Positions 1 to 8,485 of a DNA stretch of 64,000 nucleotides are shown piece after piece. The notes below the pieces were generated by a model that searched no databases, had not been told where the DNA came from, and worked only from the letters and a program-made list of their open reading frames with translations. The translations under genes were made by a program, and so were the position numbers. The DNA is from an uncultured delta proteobacterium (GTDB taxonomy: Bacteria > Myxococcota > UBA727 > VGSZ01): the NCBI GenBank assembly GCA_963775425.1, contig CAVZJB010000007.1, forward strand, positions 128,001 through 192,000. Direction: 5' to 3'. How positions within the stretch are numbered: the stretch's first letter is position 1; every line of letters starts with the position of its first letter.

Positions 1-1
1 C

Positions 2-1579
2 ACGGGGTACTGGCGCTTCTCCGTCTGGCGCGCCAATCAGCCCTCGCGCGTCCCCGCGGCCGCCGCGGCCATCGAGCGCGCCGAGGACGATCTGTGGAGG
101 CTCGACCTCGACAGCCTCGACCACGACACCCAGGCCGCCATCGCCGCCGACCCCGACGCCGCCCGGTCTCACCTGCTGCAAGCGGCGGGCAAGCTCATCT
201 ACCGAAGCCCGCTCGTTCGCGTCGACGCCGACCTCGTCCTCGCCAAGGCCGCCGCCGAGCGCCGCGGCTCGATGCTCGCCGTGCGCACGCCCACGTCGAG
301 CTTCATCGGCGTCTTGTCCCTGTTCTCCGCGAGCGAGATGACGCGCGCCATGGAGGTGCACGTCAAGAACTTCGGCTGCGAGCCGCTCGACACCGAGATC
401 GTCGCGCTCAAGCTGATGGAGATCTCCGCGCCGCTCGACCTGCTCGACGAGGCGTTGAAGCACATCGGCGACGACGACCGACCGCTGGCGCTCTTCACGC
501 GCGCGCGCATTGCGGAGCAGCACGGCAACCTCGACGAAGCGCACGCTCTCCTCGCGCGCGCCGAGGAGCAGGCGCCCGGCAGGCTGGCCATCGTCGACGC
601 GCTCGCCGACGTCGATCTGCGCCGCGGCGATCGGGCTTCGGCCGAGGCGCGCCTCGAGAAGGTCGCAGCGCGCGAGGACGCCGCCGCCATCCGCCTCGCC
701 GCGCTGCGCGCGCGTGACGGCCAGGCCGACGCCTTCGACGCCGTCACCGAGCGCGTGCACGGCCTGCCCGCTCACTCCGTGCAGCGCATCGACGAGCTCG
801 CGTCCATCGGCTACCACCTCGCCGCCCTCGGCCGCTTCCGCGAGGCGGAGAAGCTCTGGCGCGAGAGCATCGCGGACCGCCCGCCCGGCGACGTGCTCGG
901 CAACGCGCGCGCGCTCGAGCTCGCGGCGGTCGTCATGTTCTTCGGCCTCACCGCCGACGACGCGTCTTTGACGCAGCGCTGGAGCGACGTGCTCGGCGAG
1001 ATCCCGCTCGTGTCCGGCGCGGGCTCCGAGCGCCTCGCCGTGTTCACCATCACGTCCAGGGCGCTGAGCGTGATCATGAGCGGAAAGAAGGACCTGAGCG
1101 AGGCGCACGCCGACCTCGCGCTCCTCGAGAAGAGCAAGAACGACATCCCGCTGCTCGCCCACGAGGTGCGCTTCTACCTCGCGCTCGCGGAGCATCGGCT
1201 CGACGACGCCATTGCGGCGGCGTCGCAGGTCGATCCGTGCTTCCGTGAGCACAACATGGCCATGGTGGCCGCGCTCGAGGGCGACCTCGACGGACGGCGC
1301 GCCAGGCTCGACGTCGCGGTGAGCCCGGAGATCGAGCGCCGCTGCACGACGGGGGACGAGACCCTGAGCTACCTCGGGCAGGTGTCCTTCGCCTGCGCGC
1401 TCGGCGAGCGCGCGGCGTTGGCGCTGAAGAGCGGCGACGTCGACGGCGCGCGCGCGCTCGTCGTGCGCTACCACCGCTTCTGGCCGAGCGCCGACCCGCC
1501 GCCCGAGGGCTTCGGCGACGGTCGCGTCAGCGGCCGCTCTCTCATCCGCGACATCGAGGCCAAGCTGCCGCCCCCGTGA
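2..1579 (+). CDS. 5'-partial TPR-like helical-repeat protein (possibly the C-terminal part of a Ser/Thr kinase)
   Basis: The frame of ORF 272..1579 stays open back to base 2 (TGYWRFSVWRANQP...). Ala/Leu-rich TPR-like segments (ALFTRARIAEQHGNLDEAHALLARAEEQAP). GC-rich third codon positions. Confidence 0.65.
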   Translation, partial: TGYWRFSVWRANQPSRVPAAAAAIERAEDDLWRLDLDSLDHDTQAAIAADPDAARSHLLQAAGKLIYRSPLVRVDADLVLAKAAAERRGSMLAVRTPTSSFIGVLSLFSASEMTRAMEVHVKNFGCEPLDTEIVALKLMEISAPLDLLDEALKHIGDDDRPLALFTRARIAEQHGNLDEAHALLARAEEQAPGRLAIVDALADVDLRRGDRASAEARLEKVAAREDAAAIRLAALRARDGQADAFDAVTERVHGLPAHSVQRIDELASIGYHLAALGRFREAEKLWRESIADRPPGDVLGNARALELAAVVMFFGLTADDASLTQRWSDVLGEIPLVSGAGSERLAVFTITSRALSVIMSGKKDLSEAHADLALLEKSKNDIPLLAHEVRFYLALAEHRLDDAIAAASQVDPCFREHNMAMVAALEGDLDGRRARLDVAVSPEIERRCTTGDETLSYLGQVSFACALGERAALALKSGDVDGARALVVRYHRFWPSADPPPEGFGDGRVSGRSLIRDIEAKLPPP

Positions 1580-1704
1580 TCAGCGCGGCGCGGCCCCACG
1601 CTCGCTAAACGGGGCGCGATGTCGCTACCATCGCTCGGTGCGCACGGACACCCGCCCGGTCCTGGTTCGCTTTGTCCCCGACAGGCTGCGCGCGGCGTAC
1701 GACG

Positions 1705-2325
1705 ATGTTCAGCGCTGAAGAATTCCGCGAGGTCTACGCGCTCTTGAACGTCGACCAGACCGTCGACGACGCCGGCGCCGCGGTGGACTGCGGCGTGCGC
1801 TGCGACAAGCACTGCTGCCGTCCCGGGCAGACCACCAAGTACCTGCTGCCCGGCGAGCGCGGCTTCCTCAGCGAGGCGCTCGCGGACCGGGGGGAGCCGC
1901 CGTTCGCGTTCACGTCGCTCGGCTTCTTCGACTCCATCGTGGAGCCCCCGACGCGCGCGTGTGCCTGCGAGCCGCTGCGCGAGCTGCGCCCGTTCAACTG
2001 CCGCGTCTTCCCGTATTCGCCGCGCTTCGAGGGGCGGCGCGTGGTGGGCGTGAAGAAGGGCGACTTCAAGTACCTGGAGCCCTGTTGGATCACGACGCCG
2101 GCGCCGCGGTGGGAGAACAACGCCGTCGACGTGTGGCAGCGCGTCCTCGACGACACCGACAACCGCGCGTTCTTCGCGCGGCTCGGGACGCTGTGGGAGT
2201 GGCACAAGGCGGCCGAGCGGGGCGAAGAGCCCGGCCACGTGCTGACGGCGCTCGCGGCGCTGGACCAGGCGGGGGACGACGACGTATGGGAGTGCGCGGT
2301 GCGCTTCTTTTCGCGCACGGACTGA
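1705..2325 (+). CDS. YkgJ-like (CxxCxxCC-type) Cys-cluster Fe-S/Zn protein
   Basis: DCGVRCDKHCC near the N-terminus and CACEPLRELRPFNCRVFPY, matching the C...RPxxCRxFP YkgJ signature. Confidence 0.7.
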   Translation: MFSAEEFREVYALLNVDQTVDDAGAAVDCGVRCDKHCCRPGQTTKYLLPGERGFLSEALADRGEPPFAFTSLGFFDSIVEPPTRACACEPLRELRPFNCRVFPYSPRFEGRRVVGVKKGDFKYLEPCWITTPAPRWENNAVDVWQRVLDDTDNRAFFARLGTLWEWHKAAERGEEPGHVLTALAALDQAGDDDVWECAVRFFSRTD

Positions 2326-2335
2326 GGCTCGCGGC

Positions 2336-2935
2336 ATGAAGAAGCCCAACGTCGTCGTCGCCATCGTGCTCGGGTTGATCGCGCCCGGCGCAGGTCTGTT
2401 GTACGCGGGCTGGGCCAAGACGGCGCTCGTCGTGATCGTGCTGTTCGTGGCGTCGGCGGTGGGCCTGCCGTACCTCGCCACCGCGGGCACCATCGATCCC
2501 GCGCGGCTGCCGTCCCTGTGGGCCATCGACGCGCTCCTGCTCATCGGACCGGCCGCCGGCGCGGGCGCCGTCGCCGCGGTGCGGGCGCAGCCGTCGAAGC
2601 GGCCGCCATGGACGCACCCCTGGTGGGTGCTCGGCGTCGTCATCCTCACGTGGTTCTCCACGAGCCAGTTGCGCGCGCGCGTGGTGGTGCCGCACCTGGT
2701 CTCGTTCACCTACGCGGACGCCCGCTACGAGCCCGACATCAAGGAGGGCGCGCTCGTCGTCGTCAAGCGACGCTACGCGCCCGACGAGGTGCGGCCCGAC
2801 GCGCTGGTGCTCGTGTCCTCGCCGAAGGGCGACCACCTGCGCCGCGTCCGCTCCACCGACAGCGGCATCGTCCTCGACGACGACACCCGGGTGTCGCCCG
2901 CCGACGTCCTCGGCGTCGCCGTCCCCGCGCGCTGA
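2336..2935 (+). CDS. Membrane protein resembling a signal peptidase I (S26) with degenerate catalytic motifs
   Basis: N-terminal LGLIAPGAGLLYAG TM motif and about 4 TM helices. FTYADARYEPDIKEGALVVVK...HLRRV aligns by eye with S26 boxes B and D. Confidence 0.55.
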   Translation: MKKPNVVVAIVLGLIAPGAGLLYAGWAKTALVVIVLFVASAVGLPYLATAGTIDPARLPSLWAIDALLLIGPAAGAGAVAAVRAQPSKRPPWTHPWWVLGVVILTWFSTSQLRARVVVPHLVSFTYADARYEPDIKEGALVVVKRRYAPDEVRPDALVLVSSPKGDHLRRVRSTDSGIVLDDDTRVSPADVLGVAVPAR

Positions 2936-2960
2936 ACGGCGGCGCGCCCCTCTCGCAGGG

Positions 2961-3134
2961 TCAGCGGATCATCGAGCACGATGGCTCGGCGTCGACGTAC
3001 AGCTCCATGGTGTCGTCGTCGTTTTCGAGGCCCGTGGCCTCGGCGTCGGGGGCGGTGACGGCGCGGCCGTCGATGCAGGTCACGACATCGTCCGAGATGT
3101 CGTCCGCCGAGCAGCGCGCGCGCCGGGTGCCCAT
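2961..3134 (-). CDS. Small acidic hypothetical protein
   Basis: 57-codon ORF with GC-rich wobble positions filling the gap between genes. No recognisable motif. Confidence 0.3.
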   Translation of the reverse strand: MGTRRARCSADDISDDVVTCIDGRAVTAPDAEATGLENDDDTMELYVDAEPSCSMIR

Positions 3135-3264
3135 GGGTCGATCGTGAATGCGAGACGCGTGCCCGCGCGCGTGCACCGCGCACACGCCGGTGCGAGCGCA
3201 CGCGGGCCGCTTTCTCCCTGCGATCTCGGGCGCGCGCTGCGGCCCGCAGGCAGCAGCAGCCTAG

Positions 3265-4011
3265 CTAGGCGGCGAGGGCGACGATGCGGGCGGCGCTGGC
3301 GTCGACGTCGAGGGCGCTGGTGTCCACCACCAGATCCGCGGCCGCGTACAGCGGGGCGCGGGCGGCGTAGAGCGCCTCGAGCTCTGCCCGGGCGCGGGCG
3401 CGCTGGTGCATGGGCCGCACGTCGCCCTGGGCGAGCACCCGATCCCAGTGCTCCTGCGGCGTCGCCTTCAGCCAGACCGTCAGCGCGCGCGACCGCAACA
3501 GGCCCCAGGACTCGTCGTGGGTGACGACGCCGCCGCCGGTGGCGATCACGGCCGGATCGGCCCGGCCGAGCAAGGTCATCAGCACCCTGCGCTCGAGCGT
3601 CCGATAATGAGCTTCGCCGTGGAGCGCGAACAGCTCGGCGAGGGACATGCCGGCCTCGCGCTCGATCTCTTTGTCGAGCTCCACGAAGGACCAGCCGAGC
3701 CCGCGCGCCACCCGCTTGCCCACCGCGGACTTGCCCGCGCCCCGCAGCCCGAGCAGCGCCACCGGGCGGGCGCTCTGCGCGCGCTCGAGGAGCCCGATGA
3801 CGTCGACGTCGAGGGCGCCGGCGAGATCGTGCAGCGATCCCAGCGACGGGTTGGCCCGGCCGCCCTCGACCTCGGCGAGGAAGCGCAGGGACAAGCCCGA
3901 GCGCTCGGACAGCGCCGCCCGCGTCAGCCCCCGCGCGTCCCGCAGCGAGCGGACGCGCTCGCCCAGCGAGGCCTTCCAGGGCGCGCCATGGGTCGGCGTC
4001 GGCGTGGACAT
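3265..4011 (-). CDS. boxR: BoxR/BzdR-family regulator (XRE HTH + shikimate-kinase-like domain)
   Basis: LGERVRSLR...SLRFLAEVEGGRANPSL HTH fused to LLGLRGAGKS P-loop shikimate-kinase domain. Divergent from boxC. Confidence 0.9.
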   Translation of the reverse strand: MSTPTPTHGAPWKASLGERVRSLRDARGLTRAALSERSGLSLRFLAEVEGGRANPSLGSLHDLAGALDVDVIGLLERAQSARPVALLGLRGAGKSAVGKRVARGLGWSFVELDKEIEREAGMSLAELFALHGEAHYRTLERRVLMTLLGRADPAVIATGGGVVTHDESWGLLRSRALTVWLKATPQEHWDRVLAQGDVRPMHQRARARAELEALYAARAPLYAAADLVVDTSALDVDASAARIVALAA

Positions 4012-4065
4012 GGATGCATCATAATGCGCTTGTGCCGCCTGGCGCAAGCAGTATAGTGCGCCTCC
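4012..4065. promoter_or_regulatory. Overlapping divergent boxR/boxC promoters with two BzdR/BoxR-like operator boxes
   Basis: TGCA-N6-TGCG (4015-4028) and AGCA-N6-TGCG (4047-4060). On +: TTGTGC-16nt-TATAGT. On -: TTGCGC-18nt-TATGAT. Confidence 0.6.
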
Positions 4066-5706
4066 ATGGACATCTCCTTCACCACCCGCCCCGACAAGTA
4101 CAAGCACTGGCAGCTCAGCTTCGACGGCGAGATCGCCAAGCTGGCGATGGACGTCGACGAGCGCGGCGGCCTCGGGGACTACGTCCTCAAGCAGAACAGC
4201 TACGACCTCGGCGTGGACATCGAGCTCGCAGACGCGGTGGAGCGTCTCCGCTTCGGGCACCCCGAGGTGAAGGCGGTGGTGATCACGGGGCTGAAGGACA
4301 AGGTGTTCTGCTCGGGCGCCAACATCTTCATGCTCGGGTCGTCGTCGCACGCGTTCAAGGTGAACTTCTGCAAGTTCACCAACGAGACGCGCCTCGGCAT
4401 CGAGGACGCGTCGGCGCACTCGGGCCTCAAGTTCCTCGCGGCGCTCAACGGCACCGCCGCCGGCGGCGGCTACGAGCTCGCGCTCGCCTGCGACGACATC
4501 CTCCTCCTCGACGACGCCAGCTCCGCCATCAGCTTCCCCGAGGTGCCGCTGCTCGGCGTGCTCCCGGGCACCGGCGGCCTCACGCGCATCACCGACAAGC
4601 GCAAGGTGCGCCGCGACCTGTGCGACGCCTTCGCCACCACCGCCGAGGGCGTGAAGGGCAAGCGCGCCATCGAGTGGAAGCTCGTCGACGCCATCGCTCC
4701 GAAGACCGGCTGGGCCGACGCCGTGAAGAAGCGCGCCGAGGCGCTCGCCGCCAGGTCCGATCGCCCGGGCAAGGGCGCGGTGGGCCTCGACCTCGACGAC
4801 GTCTCCCCCGTCATCGACGGCACCAGCTTCACCTATCGCCACGTCACCATGCTCGTGGACCCGAAGAAGCGCACCGCGGAGATCACGCTCAAGGCGCCCA
4901 CCGAGAAGCAGCCGAGCACCGGCGACGCGATGCTCAAGAAGGGCAACGACCTGTGGGGCCTGCGTGTGTGGCGTGAGCTCGACGACTGCCTGCTGCGGCT
5001 GCGCCTGAGCTTCCTCGAGGTCGGCCTCGTCACCGTGAAGACCGAAGGCGATCCCGCGTTCATGCTCGACTGGGAGGAGCACCTGCTCGCCTGCCAGGAT
5101 CACTGGTTCGCCCGCGAGGTGCTCGGGAAGACGAAGCGCGTGCTCAAGCGCGTCGACGTCACCAGCCGCACCTTCCTGGCGTTGGTGGAGCCCGGCTCCT
5201 GCTTCGCGGGCGCGTTCGCCGAGCTGCTCTTCTGCGCCGACCGCAGCTACATGCTCGACGACAGCGAGGCGGAGCACCCGGCGGTGGTCACGCTCACGGC
5301 GATGAACATGGGCCCGCTGCCGATGGGCAACGGCCTCACCCGCCTGCAGACCCGCTTCTTCGGCGACGACGAGGCGCTCGCGCGCCTGCGCACCCACGGG
5401 CGGCCCACGGGCCCCGACGTCGCCGAGAAGGTCGGCCTCGTCACCTTCGTGCGCGACGAGATCGACTACCCCGACGAGGTCCGCATGTTCATCGGCGAGC
5501 GCACGTCGCTGTCGCCGGACGCGCTCACGGGCATGGAGCAGAACCTGCGCTGGCCGGGCCCCGAGACCATGGAGACCCGGATCTTCGGCCGCCTGTCGGC
5601 GTGGCAGAACTGGATCTTCACGCGCCCGAACGCCACCGGCGACAAGGGCGCGCTCACGGTCTACGGCTCGCCGGACCGCCCGAGCTTCGACATGAGGCGC
5701 ACCTGA
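4066..5706 (+). CDS. boxC: 2,3-epoxybenzoyl-CoA dihydrolase BoxC
   Basis: Double crotonase fold. KYKHWQL, KQNSYDLGVDIELADAV, FKVNFCKFTNETR and ETMETRIFGRLSAWQNWIF are BoxC hallmarks. Confidence 0.95.
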   Translation: MDISFTTRPDKYKHWQLSFDGEIAKLAMDVDERGGLGDYVLKQNSYDLGVDIELADAVERLRFGHPEVKAVVITGLKDKVFCSGANIFMLGSSSHAFKVNFCKFTNETRLGIEDASAHSGLKFLAALNGTAAGGGYELALACDDILLLDDASSAISFPEVPLLGVLPGTGGLTRITDKRKVRRDLCDAFATTAEGVKGKRAIEWKLVDAIAPKTGWADAVKKRAEALAARSDRPGKGAVGLDLDDVSPVIDGTSFTYRHVTMLVDPKKRTAEITLKAPTEKQPSTGDAMLKKGNDLWGLRVWRELDDCLLRLRLSFLEVGLVTVKTEGDPAFMLDWEEHLLACQDHWFAREVLGKTKRVLKRVDVTSRTFLALVEPGSCFAGAFAELLFCADRSYMLDDSEAEHPAVVTLTAMNMGPLPMGNGLTRLQTRFFGDDEALARLRTHGRPTGPDVAEKVGLVTFVRDEIDYPDEVRMFIGERTSLSPDALTGMEQNLRWPGPETMETRIFGRLSAWQNWIFTRPNATGDKGALTVYGSPDRPSFDMRRT

Positions 5707-5907
5707 TGCTCGACCACCTCGGCATCACCGTTGTGAATTTCGAGCGCATGCGCGCGTTCTACGAGCGCGCGCTCGCTCGGGCGCGGGAGCAAGCCCACGG
5801 AGCCGCGCGTGCACATCGCGCTGACGGCGTCGTCGCGTGCGGCCTGCGTGCTCGACCCGGAGGGCCACAACCTCGAGGCCGTCACCCACACGCCGGAGGC
5901 GGCGTGA
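5706..5907 (+). pseudogene. VOC/glyoxalase-family remnant with internal deletions and a frameshift
   Basis: N-terminus MLDHLGITVVNFERMRAFYERAL in one frame. PRVHIAL...VLDPEGHNLEAVTH-stop in another frame. The usual central segments are missing. Confidence 0.75.
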
Positions 5908-6392
5908 CCGTCGGGGGGCTGCGCGCACCGCGCGTCGTCATCGCCGGCGCCGCCGTCGCCGCCGTCGTCGTCGTCGCGGCCGGGTGCACCCACCCTTCGC
6001 ACGAGGACGACGCGTACGACCTCGCCAAGGCGCAAGCCAAGAGCGACCTCGGATGCAGCGACGTCACCGTGCGCAAGATGGGTCAGCTCGACGACAACTA
6101 CGAGTACCAGGCCAAGGGCTGCGACGACGTCTACAGCTACGGCGTCGAGTGCGACGGGGGCTGCCGCATCGCCGCCGGCGTCCGCGGCCCCGGCCTCGCC
6201 GGCACGTGGCACAAGGCGGGGTCCATCATCGATCGCGCCATGGACTCGTGGGACGAGATGGATCGGCGCCAGCAAAAGATGCACGAAGACAACGAGGCGT
6301 TCCGCCGCGATGTCGAAGCGCGGCAGCGCAAGGTCTGGGACATGGTCGACCACAAGCTCGCCCAGCCCGCGCCCGAGGAGCCGGCGCGATGA
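5904..6392 (+). CDS. Cys-containing lipoprotein (paralog of 6573..6944)
   Basis: GTGA overlap with the upstream stop. Hydrophobic signal plus lipobox AAGC. Pattern DLGC...YQAKGC...YGVECDGGC. Confidence 0.7.
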   Translation: MTVGGLRAPRVVIAGAAVAAVVVVAAGCTHPSHEDDAYDLAKAQAKSDLGCSDVTVRKMGQLDDNYEYQAKGCDDVYSYGVECDGGCRIAAGVRGPGLAGTWHKAGSIIDRAMDSWDEMDRRQQKMHEDNEAFRRDVEARQRKVWDMVDHKLAQPAPEEPAR

Positions 6393-6566
6393 GGGGCGCC
6401 GCGGGCACCGCCGGGCTCACGCTCACGCTCACGCTCACGGCGGCGGCGCCCGCGACGGCGGAGCCCGCGGTGGCGACCGGAGACGACGCCGCCGGCCACG
6501 AAGGCGATCGTGCTCGGGCACGTCGCCGGCGTCGGCCTCACTTTCTGTCCCACCACCTGCACCTGA
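6389..6566 (+). pseudogene. Probable remnant of a secreted-protein gene
   Basis: ATGA overlap start with signal-like MRGAAGTAGLTLTLTLTAAAPATA. A second frame ends ...VGLTFCPTTCT-TGA just before the RBS of the next gene. Confidence 0.3.
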
Positions 6567-6572
6567 GGACCC

Positions 6573-6944
6573 ATGACTCGTCGACCCGCGCTCATCCTGC
6601 TCTTGCTGTGTAGCGCCCTCGCCGGGCTCGCCGGGGGATGCGTGTCCACCAAGACGCTCATGTCGGAGTCGGTGCAACAACGAGCGGAGCAGGACCTGTT
6701 GTGCGACGCGGCGAGCACCAAGATTCGCCAGGTCGGCACCATCTCGCACTACCAGGGCGGCCGGCAGGGCAGCGTCGAGCGAGCGACGTTCTCCGCCGAG
6801 GGCTGCGGCGACAGCGAGGTCTACAACGTGGAGTGCATCCGCGGCGTGTGCTTCGCCAACCGAGACGTCCCTCCCAAGGACAAGAAGCACCCGAGCTACT
6901 ACGACGACAACAACGGCAACGGCGAAGCAGGAGCGCAACAGTGA
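6573..6944 (+). CDS. Cys-containing lipoprotein (paralog of 5904..6392)
   Basis: GAGG RBS, signal peptide with LAGGC lipobox, DLLC...FSAEGC...YNVECIRGVC. Its stop overlaps the boxB start (GTGA). Confidence 0.75.
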   Translation: MTRRPALILLLLCSALAGLAGGCVSTKTLMSESVQQRAEQDLLCDAASTKIRQVGTISHYQGGRQGSVERATFSAEGCGDSEVYNVECIRGVCFANRDVPPKDKKHPSYYDDNNGNGEAGAQQ

Positions 6945-8362
6945 CGACGACATCCGCGGTCAACAACGACAAGATCCCCAACAACGTCGACTTGTCGTCG
7001 GACAAGCGACTGCAGCGCGCGCTCGAGCAGTGGCAACCCGCGTTCATCGACTGGTGGAAGGAGATGGGCCCCGAGGGCTTCCAGGACAAGGACGTCTACC
7101 TGCGCACCGCGGTCAGCGTCGACGTCGACGGTTGGGCCCTCTTCGACCACGTGAAGATGCCGGACTACCGCTGGGGCATCTTCCTCGCCACGCGCGACCC
7201 CGAGCGCAAGGTGCCCTTCGGCGACCACGTGGGCGAGCCCGCCTGGCAGGAGGTGCCCGGCGAGCACAGAAACGCGCTCCGCCGCCTCATCGTCACCCAG
7301 GGCGACACCGAGCCCGCCAGCGTCGAGCAGCAGCGGCTGCTCGCGCAGACGGCGCCGTCGCTCTACGACATGCGCAACCTGTTCCAGGTGAACGTCGAAG
7401 AGGGGCGTCACCTGTGGGCCATGGTCTATCTGCTGCACAGCTACTTCGGCAAAGACGGCCGCGAGGAGGCCGAGGAGCTCCTGCAGCGCCGCTCGGGCAA
7501 CGTCGACAAGCCGCGCATCCTCACCACCTTCAACGAGCCCATCAGCGACTGGCTCAGCTTCTTCATGTTCACGATGTTCACGGACCGCGACGGCAAGTAC
7601 CAGTTGCTCTCGCTCGCCGAGAGCGGCTTCGATCCGCTCGCCCGCACGTGCAAGTTCATGCTCACCGAGGAAGCGCACCACATGTTCGTCGGGCAGACCG
7701 GCGTGCGCCGTATCGTCAAGCGCGCCTGCGAGCTGATGAAGGAGCATGACGTCGAGGACATCAAGCCGTTCGGCGGCGTCCCGCTCGCGCTCATCCAGAA
7801 GTACGTGAACTTCTGGTACTCGAGCTCGCTCGACCTGTTCGGCAGCGAGAAGTCCTCCAACGCCGCCAGCTACTTCGCCGCCGGCCTCAAGGGCCGCGCG
7901 CACGAGCAGAACTACGCGGACCACAAGGCCGCCGACGGCATCTACGCCATGGACGTCCTCGCCGCCGACAAGGTGGAGAAGGAAGAGGTCCCCATGCGCG
8001 TGGCCATGAACGAGGTGCTCCGCGACGGCTACGTGAAGGACAACGAAAACGGCGTGTCCAAGTGGAACACGGAGCTCGACGAGCAGGGCATGAAGGACTT
8101 CCGCTTCCGCCTGCCTTCGCGCCGCTTCAACCGCAAGGTGGGCATGTGGAGCGAGGCCCGCTTCGACCTCGACGGCAAGCTCATCACCGAGGCCGAGTGG
8201 GACAAGAGGAAGAGCGAGTGGCTCCCCACCGAGGACGAGAAGAAGTTCGTGCGCTCGCTGATGCAGCAAGTCGTCGAGCCGGGCAAGATCGCCGGCTGGA
8301 TCGCGCCGCCGCTCAAGGGCATCAACGACAGGCCCTTCGCGTTCGACTACGTCAAGCTCTGA
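6941..8362 (+). CDS. boxB: Benzoyl-CoA 2,3-epoxidase subunit BoxB (diiron)
   Basis: IPNNVDLSSDKRLQRALEQWQP, QGDTEPASVEQQ, and the diiron motifs NVEEGRHLWAM and LTEEAHHMF. Confidence 0.96.
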   Translation: MTTTSAVNNDKIPNNVDLSSDKRLQRALEQWQPAFIDWWKEMGPEGFQDKDVYLRTAVSVDVDGWALFDHVKMPDYRWGIFLATRDPERKVPFGDHVGEPAWQEVPGEHRNALRRLIVTQGDTEPASVEQQRLLAQTAPSLYDMRNLFQVNVEEGRHLWAMVYLLHSYFGKDGREEAEELLQRRSGNVDKPRILTTFNEPISDWLSFFMFTMFTDRDGKYQLLSLAESGFDPLARTCKFMLTEEAHHMFVGQTGVRRIVKRACELMKEHDVEDIKPFGGVPLALIQKYVNFWYSSSLDLFGSEKSSNAASYFAAGLKGRAHEQNYADHKAADGIYAMDVLAADKVEKEEVPMRVAMNEVLRDGYVKDNENGVSKWNTELDEQGMKDFRFRLPSRRFNRKVGMWSEARFDLDGKLITEAEWDKRKSEWLPTEDEKKFVRSLMQQVVEPGKIAGWIAPPLKGINDRPFAFDYVKL

Positions 8363-8485
8363 GGCGCGCGTGGTCGCCTCCGACGGACGGGACCGGGGAC
8401 GCGCGTGACGGAGCGGGCCCCGGGCTGACGACGGCGGCGCCGTCGACGTGAGCGGGCCTCACGCGCGCTGTGACTGCGTGCCCTG

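Noticed and set aside
3265-5397. 710-aa version of the boxR ORF, and other long antisense ORFs such as 20146-21738, 26901-29537 and 41241-43742
   Set aside because: Shadow ORFs caused by high GC and few stop codons, overlapping well-supported genes on the other strand.
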